Positions 1 to 5,964 of a DNA stretch of 38,674 nucleotides are shown piece by piece. The DNA lies in the NCBI GenBank assembly GCA_035273365.1, contig DATEPD010000177.1, positions 1 through 38,674 on the forward strand, read 5' to 3'. Positions within the stretch are counted from its first letter, which is position 1, and each line of letters opens with the position of its first letter. Source of the stretch: Nitrospiraceae bacterium (GTDB taxonomy: Bacteria; Nitrospirota; Nitrospiria; Nitrospirales; Nitrospiraceae). A program made the translations under genes and the position numbers. Below the pieces are notes generated by a model. It saw only the letters and a program-made list of their open reading frames with translations, was not told the origin of the DNA and made no database searches.

Positions 1-133
1 CCAGCGCCATTCGAGGTATCGGCATTATCTAGACTGCCCTTTCTTGCTCACGGCGATCCCCTTCCTTGTGGAAAGGGGTCGCCGTGAGCAGAAAGGGCAG
101 TTTCTATAATGCCGATACCTCGAATGGCGCTGG
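1..133. repeat. Long imperfect palindrome (left arm 1-63, loop 64-72, right arm 73-133)
   Basis: Bases 1-28 are the exact reverse complement of 106-133. Further in, 33-44 pairs with 90-101, 46-56 with 79-89 and 58-63 with 73-78. The only interruptions are two single-T bulges (45, 57) and a 4-nt bubble (29-32 vs 102-105). The right arm contains TATAAT (105-110) and ATG109 of the next CDS. Confidence 0.9.
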
Positions 134-573
134 TAGTCCTCGGGTTTCTTTCTGTCGGGTGCGCCGCGCTGAGCGGGAGCCGCGAGCAATATTATGTGTG
201 CTCCTATGACACGGTTTGGGACGCCGCGCTAGAGACCATGAAGGGACAGTCCATCGCGACCTACGATAAAGAGAAGGGACTAATTGAGACAAGCTGGCTG
301 GACGTTCCACCAACCTCAGAACGGTCCTTTGGCATCTTTGGGCGAGAAGGCTTTGGCAACAAAGAGCGCGCACTCATGACGGTCTCCGTCAAACGCATAA
401 ACGACGTGGCCTCTGTGAGCGTACTGGAAACCAGGCAGCGATGGCATGCGCGAGGCGGCGTTACTCAGCAAGCCTTGAGATGGTGGCCCATCGATCCGTC
501 GGAAGATGCGACCGATTCAGTCGTCGATCGCCTCAATGCCAAGCTGAAGGCAAAGGGGTGTGCTCCTGCATGA
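109..573 (+). CDS. Putative lipoprotein of unknown function
   Basis: 154-aa ORF. The N-terminus MPIPRMALVVLGFLSVGC has a signal peptide plus a lipobox-like LSVGC. Its stop TGA (571-573) overlaps the ATG (570-572) of the next gene, which suggests translational coupling. I recognise no catalytic motif. Confidence 0.7.
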   Translation: MPIPRMALVVLGFLSVGCAALSGSREQYYVCSYDTVWDAALETMKGQSIATYDKEKGLIETSWLDVPPTSERSFGIFGREGFGNKERALMTVSVKRINDVASVSVLETRQRWHARGGVTQQALRWWPIDPSEDATDSVVDRLNAKLKAKGCAPA

Positions 574-1247
574 TGACTCGAATGCTCGCACCCTCACTGG
601 CGCTCCTCTTGGTCATGTTCCCGGCCATGGCCTGGGCTGAACGGGTGTGGGACAGTGATCTCAAGCGCTATCTGACAGAACAGGAACTGTCGATGGCCGA
701 GGTCTACCTCACGGAAGAAGAGGCCCTCAAACTGATGTTCCCAAAATCCGAGCGCGTGAAAAAAGATCTGTTGCGGGTTCCCACAGATAAGAAAATCGCG
801 ATAGAGCAACGAATTGGCTGGAAATTCCCCGAAGAGGCCTTTGAGGTCTATGTCGGCGAGACCGGCACGCATGTCGACGGCTATGCTCTCGTGCAGAACA
901 CCATCGGCAAGCACAAGCCGATGACCTATATGGTCGGGGTGGATGCCAGCGGACGTGTCTCGAACGTCGAATTGCTCATCTTTCGTGAATCACGTGGCAG
1001 CGAAGTACGGACCAAACGTTTCAACATACAGTATGAGGGCAAGACGGTATCTGATCCGGTCAGGCTCAACAAGGATATTATCAACATTACCGGTGCCACC
1101 ATGTCGGTCCGTTCGATGACCTCAGGAATTAAGCGGGTCTTGGTGCTGGTCGATGAGTTTTATTTGAGGCCGGCCGGGATAGGCAGCGATGCAGTAGCTG
1201 CAGGAAAATCAGATAAGGGCTTTTTCACATCCATATTCGGAAATTAG
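570..1247 (+). CDS. Secreted FMN-binding domain protein (NosR/NqrC/RnfG-type FMN_bind fold)
   Basis: The track ORF 441..1247 is trimmed to the ATG at 570, because MMTRMLAPSLALLLVMFPAMAWA is a clean signal peptide. The C-terminal motif NITGATMSVRS matches the [ST]GAT flavinylation motif of FMN_bind domains. The ATGA overlap links it to the upstream lipoprotein gene. Confidence 0.85.
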   Translation: MMTRMLAPSLALLLVMFPAMAWAERVWDSDLKRYLTEQELSMAEVYLTEEEALKLMFPKSERVKKDLLRVPTDKKIAIEQRIGWKFPEEAFEVYVGETGTHVDGYALVQNTIGKHKPMTYMVGVDASGRVSNVELLIFRESRGSEVRTKRFNIQYEGKTVSDPVRLNKDIINITGATMSVRSMTSGIKRVLVLVDEFYLRPAGIGSDAVAAGKSDKGFFTSIFGN

Positions 1248-1271
1248 AGTCAGCGGACCGAGCGTCCCATC

Positions 1272-1790
1272 ATGCGCAACTTTAATCAGCGATTCCGGCT
1301 CCGCGATACGGACCGGCACATTCGATTACTCTACACGTTCTTTCTGTTGCTGATGTTGGCAGGATTCACCTTTTCATTTTTCTGGGCCCACAGTATGACC
1401 GGCCTCTCGCCGCAAGGGATTGCCAGTCACTACAGGGGATCGGATATCACATTTGGCGAACCGATGTCGTTCAGAGAACTGGCGGAAATCACCCACTTTC
1501 ACCTCTTTACGATGCCGGTCGTGTTTATGATTCTGGTCCATGTGCTCTACCTCACCAGCGTCGGCAACCGGCTGAAAGTCCTCACGACCTGGGCCTCATT
1601 CGGTGGCGTCATGCTGGACCTGGTTTCCCCCTGGCTCATCAGCTACGTCTCTCCCGTATTCGTGCTCACTATGCTCATGGGGGATAGCCTCATGACAGTC
1701 GGGTTTCTCATCATGATGACCATCCCTCTCTACGAGATGTGGGTCTTGAAACAACCCCTGATGGCGGGAAAGCAGACGGCAGAAGAATGA
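1272..1790 (+). CDS. Small integral membrane protein, about 4 TM, His-rich (unknown family)
   Basis: 172 aa with four hydrophobic segments. Histidines lie in or near the membrane (WAHSM, ASHYRG, ITHFHLF, LVHVLY). It starts 24 nt after the FMN-binding gene and is followed by a strong terminator. Confidence 0.7.
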   Translation: MRNFNQRFRLRDTDRHIRLLYTFFLLLMLAGFTFSFFWAHSMTGLSPQGIASHYRGSDITFGEPMSFRELAEITHFHLFTMPVVFMILVHVLYLTSVGNRLKVLTTWASFGGVMLDLVSPWLISYVSPVFVLTMLMGDSLMTVGFLIMMTIPLYEMWVLKQPLMAGKQTAEE

Positions 1791-1840
1791 GCTAAGACGC
1801 TTCGTCGCTCGGCACAGACTACGGCCAGAGGTTTTTCACC

Positions 1841-1885
1841 CAGAGCCCAAGATCACGATGTGGTCTTGGGCTCTGAGTTTTTCTT
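1841..1885 (+). terminator. Intrinsic terminator after the lipoprotein/FMN-bind/membrane operon
   Basis: A perfect 12-bp stem, CAGAGCCCAAGA (1841-1852) with TCTTGGGCTCTG (1864-1875), has an 11-nt loop and is followed by AGTTTTTCTT. Confidence 0.65.
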
Positions 1886-1897
1886 GGAGAAGTGAAG

Positions 1898-2608
1898 ATG
1901 GGACAGCGGGTCTGTGAGCACATCCATCCTGAGGTCATGACGATGCAGGCCATGCTCCGAAAGATCGACCGCCTCCGACTTCCACTCGGATCCCGCCGTG
2001 ATATCGAAAGCATCCTTGTCCGACAGGTCAGCAAGGAAATCGATCGCGCCCTCCCCTGGCAGGCAGGCCACGGCCGGCGCACAGCTGCAATCTCTCTGTT
2101 GATAGGACAAGTGGTCGATCTGACCCCATGCGAGCTGCACGATCTGAAACTTGCCGCCTTTCTCCACGATATTGGACTCTTGATGCTTCCGGCTCACCTC
2201 ACCGCAGGCAAGTATCCACTTGAACCTGAGTCCTACGTCGTCATTCAGAACCATTCCCGGCTTGGCGCGACACTGCTTGAGCCGTTCTCCTTCTTGAAAG
2301 AGGCATCCATTATCATCGCGCACCACCACGAACGATGGGATGGATCGGGCTATCCATTCGGTATTAGAGGACAATTCATCCCTCTTGGAGCCAGGATTCT
2401 CTCGATTGCCGACGCCTTCGATGCCATCCGCATCCCTGAAGTCTCGAACCGTGTCGCGCGAAACAACATCGCCCTCAGAATTATCCGGGTTGCAGGCGGT
2501 ACCCAATTCGACCCGGAGTTGGTCGAGGCATTGTGTCGACTCCAGGAATCGATTCCAGGAGCAGATCTTGTCGATTCGGCGATGAGAAATTGTTTGGATT
2601 CACGTTAG
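1898..2608 (+). CDS. Stand-alone HD-GYP domain protein (putative c-di-GMP phosphodiesterase)
   Basis: Contains FLHDIGLLMLP (the HD motif) and HHHERWDGSGYPFG (the HD-GYP signature). I placed the start at ATG 1898 because GGAGA (1886-1890) lies 7 nt upstream. The track start at 1892 is a GTG. There is no receiver or other sensor domain ahead of the HD fold. Confidence 0.85.
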   Translation: MGQRVCEHIHPEVMTMQAMLRKIDRLRLPLGSRRDIESILVRQVSKEIDRALPWQAGHGRRTAAISLLIGQVVDLTPCELHDLKLAAFLHDIGLLMLPAHLTAGKYPLEPESYVVIQNHSRLGATLLEPFSFLKEASIIIAHHHERWDGSGYPFGIRGQFIPLGARILSIADAFDAIRIPEVSNRVARNNIALRIIRVAGGTQFDPELVEALCRLQESIPGADLVDSAMRNCLDSR

Positions 2609-2625
2609 AAGTATGGAGGTTCCAC

Positions 2626-4395
2626 ATGCATTCTCTGAAGCGTTCTGACCGCGCGAGTCGTCATCTCATCGAAAATACATCATGGGTTGTCATTGCTCTT
2701 CTCCTCGCCGGTTGCGGCTCTGGCAGCAACAGTTCTACCCCAGCTTCAGTCAGGGAGACAGGGACCCCCGGAGCCGAAGCTTCCGTGGGAGAGCGGCTAT
2801 TCCTCGAAACCCGATTTGCCCAGTCATTCAAAGTCTTTTTGGATCACGGTGGGGATATCAACAATCCGAAGGCCGGCGATCCCGTTGTGGCAACAGCAGA
2901 AACTCCGGATCCGTCAGCGCCGATCACTCCGGGTGCTTTCAAAGGCATGTCCATGAATTGCCGCGCCTGCCATATGGTTGACGACCTCTTAACCCCCTCA
3001 AATGAAAGAATGCGAACCTATGCCGATTTTGCTCCGAGAAGTCCCATTCCGGCCAGACCGGACGGAAAGACACATGCCTCGAGGAACTCGCCCGCGCTCG
3101 TGAACTCAGCCCTTGCTCGTCCAGGCGGGGTCCTGTTCCATTTTGATTCAGAATTTAACTCCATGGAAGATTTGGTTGCGGCCACCTTCACAGGGAGAAA
3201 CTTCGGCTGGCTTCCTGGCGAACGTGTGCAGGCCATCGCCCATGTCGCGAGAGTGGTACGAGGCGACGATGGATCAGACGACTTGGCCCAGGAAACCTCC
3301 GAAGGCCTTTCTTATCGCACCCTCTTCACAGGGTCTGACCCAGATATTCCGGATGAGCTTCGTCTCCCTCCAGCGTTTCGAGCCTTTGTTGGGTCCGGAA
3401 CCGATCAGGAAGTTTTCACCGCGGTGGTCAAAGTGGTTGCTGCGTATGTGAATCAACTGCGATTCTCACAGCAGGAGGATAGCGGTGCGCTCATTCGCTC
3501 CCCGTTCGACGTCTTCTTGAAAATCAATGGTCTGCCACAGCAACCGGACCTCACCGCCACACCTCCTGAAACACCGCTGGCCTATAGCCGACGGCTTTTG
3601 CAACTTGTCCTCGCACGAGAAGCAGCGAATACACTTAAATTTGTGACGAAGAACCCGAACCGGTCGGGTGGGAGATTTCAGTTCCATCCCTCTCAGAACT
3701 TCGAGTTCGGAGCCCAAGAGCTGGAAGGCCTGAAGATCTTCCTTACAGAGCCCTTGGCAATCCCTGCGGCCGGAAACGAGTTGACGGATGGGAAAATTGG
3801 CAACTGTCTCGCCTGTCATGCCGCCCCAAATTTCACGGACTTCAAACTACACAACACAGGTACGGCACAGAAAGAATATGACGATTTCCCTAGTCATGGA
3901 GCGGGCGCCTTTATGGCGCTCAATATTCCGGGTCTCGCGGCACGAACAGCCAACGATCTGCCGGCAACAGAGCAGAATCCTACGGCCAGTGAGCGATTCC
4001 GATCGATTCCATCTGACAGTACTACTCTGACCGATTTAGGAGTATGGAACATCTTCGCGAATCCGGCCGTGCCGACCCCGCAAGCAAAGATTCGGGCCAT
4101 TTTGTGCGATGACCAACAGCCCTGCCCACTGTCGGACGCGACACTTCTGGATCAGGCGATTGCCCGGTTCAAAACCCCGGGACTTCGCGACCTCGGTCAC
4201 TCTGCCCCATACATGCACAACGGGCAATTCGGCACCCTGGATAATATTATCGGGTTTTATCGTGAAGTCTCCGCACAGGCTCGTGCAGGAACGCTGCGGA
4301 ACGGGGCGACTCAACTTCAAGGCATAGCGCTCACAGCCGGAGACGCGACAGCGCTTGTCGCCTTTCTCAAATCGCTGAACGAGGACTATCAATAG
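2626..4395 (+). CDS. Lipoprotein di-haem cytochrome c peroxidase family protein (CCP/MauG-like)
   Basis: Two CxxCH haem motifs (MNCRACH, GNCLACH). The C-terminal LRDLGHSAPYMHNGQFGTLDNIIGFY is typical of bacterial CCPs. The start is set at ATG 2626, with GGAGG at 2615-2619. The resulting N-terminus ends in the lipobox LLLAGC. Confidence 0.85.
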   Translation: MHSLKRSDRASRHLIENTSWVVIALLLAGCGSGSNSSTPASVRETGTPGAEASVGERLFLETRFAQSFKVFLDHGGDINNPKAGDPVVATAETPDPSAPITPGAFKGMSMNCRACHMVDDLLTPSNERMRTYADFAPRSPIPARPDGKTHASRNSPALVNSALARPGGVLFHFDSEFNSMEDLVAATFTGRNFGWLPGERVQAIAHVARVVRGDDGSDDLAQETSEGLSYRTLFTGSDPDIPDELRLPPAFRAFVGSGTDQEVFTAVVKVVAAYVNQLRFSQQEDSGALIRSPFDVFLKINGLPQQPDLTATPPETPLAYSRRLLQLVLAREAANTLKFVTKNPNRSGGRFQFHPSQNFEFGAQELEGLKIFLTEPLAIPAAGNELTDGKIGNCLACHAAPNFTDFKLHNTGTAQKEYDDFPSHGAGAFMALNIPGLAARTANDLPATEQNPTASERFRSIPSDSTTLTDLGVWNIFANPAVPTPQAKIRAILCDDQQPCPLSDATLLDQAIARFKTPGLRDLGHSAPYMHNGQFGTLDNIIGFYREVSAQARAGTLRNGATQLQGIALTAGDATALVAFLKSLNEDYQ

Positions 4396-4446
4396 GGAAC
4401 TCAACTGTCGCAAAAGTGACCAGCCGGCGTCTGACACACCGGCGAC

Positions 4447-4513
4447 GAAGTGGGAATCACGCCTTCCCACTTCACAGGCGGGGGACCCAGTCGTCCTCCT
4501 GAGGTCCCCCGCC
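4447..4513 (+). other. Two tandem GC-rich perfect hairpins downstream of the peroxidase gene
   Basis: Hairpin 1: GAAGTGGGAA (4447-4456) with TTCCCACTTC (4464-4473), 10 bp, 7-nt loop. Hairpin 2: GGCGGGGGACC (4477-4487) with GGTCCCCCGCC (4503-4513), 11 bp, with a 15-nt loop containing CCTCCT. Neither has a U-tract. Confidence 0.6.
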
Positions 4514-4585
4514 ACCTTATCGAACTGTTGTGCCGTTGATCAAATCACGGCTCACGCGGCTAGGCCAAAGGACAGCAAGTCCAGA

Positions 4586-4622
4586 GCCCATGGTTGTTCA
4601 CCAACCATGGGCTTTTGTTTTG
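4586..4622 (+). terminator. Intrinsic terminator (plus strand)
   Basis: An 11-bp perfect stem, GCCCATGGTTG (4586-4596) with CAACCATGGGC (4602-4612), has a 5-nt loop and is followed by TTTTGTTTTGG. Confidence 0.7.
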
Positions 4623-5213
4623 GTAGTACAGGGGTGCATTGGTGGAATCACTGGAACGCCTTCTACATAAGCTTGTGCGTGAAGAGAGGTATCCATTGCA
4701 GGCTCAACCGGCACGGCTTCATCAGTCATTCATGCCATAGCCGGTCGCAGTACGAGATGTTCGGCGTGGAGGGAAAACCTATGCGGTGGACGAAGACATT
4801 CAGAGAGACCATTACCACGTGGCGGGCTCGAGGACGAGCCATCTCGGCCGGTACACGCAAGGCCAAGACGTTGTGCAAACGGCTCATGGACGCCAAAGAG
4901 AAATCAAGATCGCGACGCTGATGGAATCGCAGCACCAGAACCAACCCAATAACCGAGACGTCCGTTGTCCTTTGGCCAACTGATTGCACGTTGGATTCAC
5001 AATGGAGTGGAAATCAAATGCAAACGCTGCCAGCGCGTCGTGTGCGTCCCCTTCGCCTTCGCGACCTCAAGGCCGAACTAAGCCGACACGCTCATTGGGA
5101 ATTGTGCCTTCTCACTTCGCGTGGGAAGAGCCTCACTCTTCTTGAAGCCTCCCGCCTGACTTTCTCGAATTACACGCGAAATGGGCGAATTGAGGATACC
5201 CGGAAGGGACGTC

Positions 5214-5690
5214 TTACGACTCTTTCTTGATCTGCTCGGCCAGGTAATTCTCCAGTCCCACTTGCTTGATGATTTCCATTTGTGTCTCGATCCAGTCGAT
5301 ATGATCGTCCACATCCTTGGCCATATCTTCAAGCATATGCCGAGTGGTGAAGTCGGTCACTTTGGTACAATGCACTACGCCATCGCTCAACAGAGTGAGC
5401 ATCTCTTGTTCGGCTTTTAGATCCAGTTTCAACTGCTCGGCAACGGTTTCTCCCACCTGCACGGTATTCATGCGTTGTACGTTCGGCACACCATCAAGAT
5501 AGAGGATATGGCCGATGAGCTCATCGGCGTCTTTCATCTCAGCGAAACTCCGCTCCCGCACTTTATGATGGAGTCGTTCATAGCCCCAGTTCTCACACAT
5601 CTTGGCATGCACAAAGTACTGGTTGATGGCCGTCAGATCCGCAGTAAGAATCTTATTGAGGATATTGATGACGCCTTCTTTCGCTTTCAT
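5214..5690 (-). CDS. bfr: Bacterioferritin
   Basis: Collinear with classical Bfr over its full length: INQYF, the AEMKDAD haem-Met region, HIDWIETQ, and the C-terminal LENYLAEQI. The start is moved to the second ATG (5690), which has AGGAG 7 nt upstream. The first ATG (5696) abuts the SD. Confidence 0.92.
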   Translation of the reverse strand: MKAKEGVINILNKILTADLTAINQYFVHAKMCENWGYERLHHKVRERSFAEMKDADELIGHILYLDGVPNVQRMNTVQVGETVAEQLKLDLKAEQEMLTLLSDGVVHCTKVTDFTTRHMLEDMAKDVDDHIDWIETQMEIIKQVGLENYLAEQIKKES

Positions 5691-5964
5691 GATCATTCTC
5701 CTTTCTCAAGTTTGGCAGGCACTCAAGGGGCTTCATGTAAGAGACTTTCACTACCAGATGTCAACCCCTTGGTTCATTATCACCACGTCTGAGGCCTTCG
5801 TCAACTCGATCGGTCGAGTCTCCTTGAGTTTGACTTTCATCATTAGCGACACTGGTTCTCAATTTCGAAGCATCCTGACGCGCGGATGGAGCATGAGCAC
5901 GCCGCATTCCGTTATCAGGATGAAAGAGACCGTACGATGGGATGGAATATGACCTTGGTCGGAC

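Noticed and set aside
441-569. N-terminal 43-aa extension of the FMN-binding ORF
   Set aside because: It overlaps the 3' end of the lipoprotein gene in another frame. The internal ATG at 570 yields a clean signal peptide and an ATGA coupling junction.
1853-2506. 217-aa minus-strand ORF
   Set aside because: It is antisense to the ORF carrying the unambiguous HHERWDGSGYP HD-GYP signature, and it has no motif or SD of its own.
4630-4760. GGUGGAAUCAC / AGCCGGUCGC, reminiscent of cobalamin-riboswitch core and B12 box
   Set aside because: Only short partial matches. The conserved GCCACUG-type and full B12-box sequences are absent, and there is no B12-related gene downstream.
4919-4921. The single in-frame TGA in the long open frame, considered as a selenocysteine codon
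   Set aside because: No SECIS-like hairpin follows the TGA, and the conceptual protein (Cys/His/Trp/Arg-rich) resembles no selenoprotein I know.
4563-4977. 12-nt inverted repeat GGCCAAAGGACA / TGTCCTTTGGCC flanking ~400 bp, considered as MITE-like terminal repeats
   Set aside because: There is no target-site duplication and the match does not extend beyond 12 nt. By my rough estimate, a 12-mer inverted pair within a few hundred bp is about what chance would give in a window this size.
5771-5786. GTGATAATGAAC (minus strand) resembling half a Fur box upstream of bfr
   Set aside because: Only 8 or so consecutive consensus positions match and there is no second half-site. The -10 element that would accompany the nearby perfect TTGACA (5759-5764) is poor.
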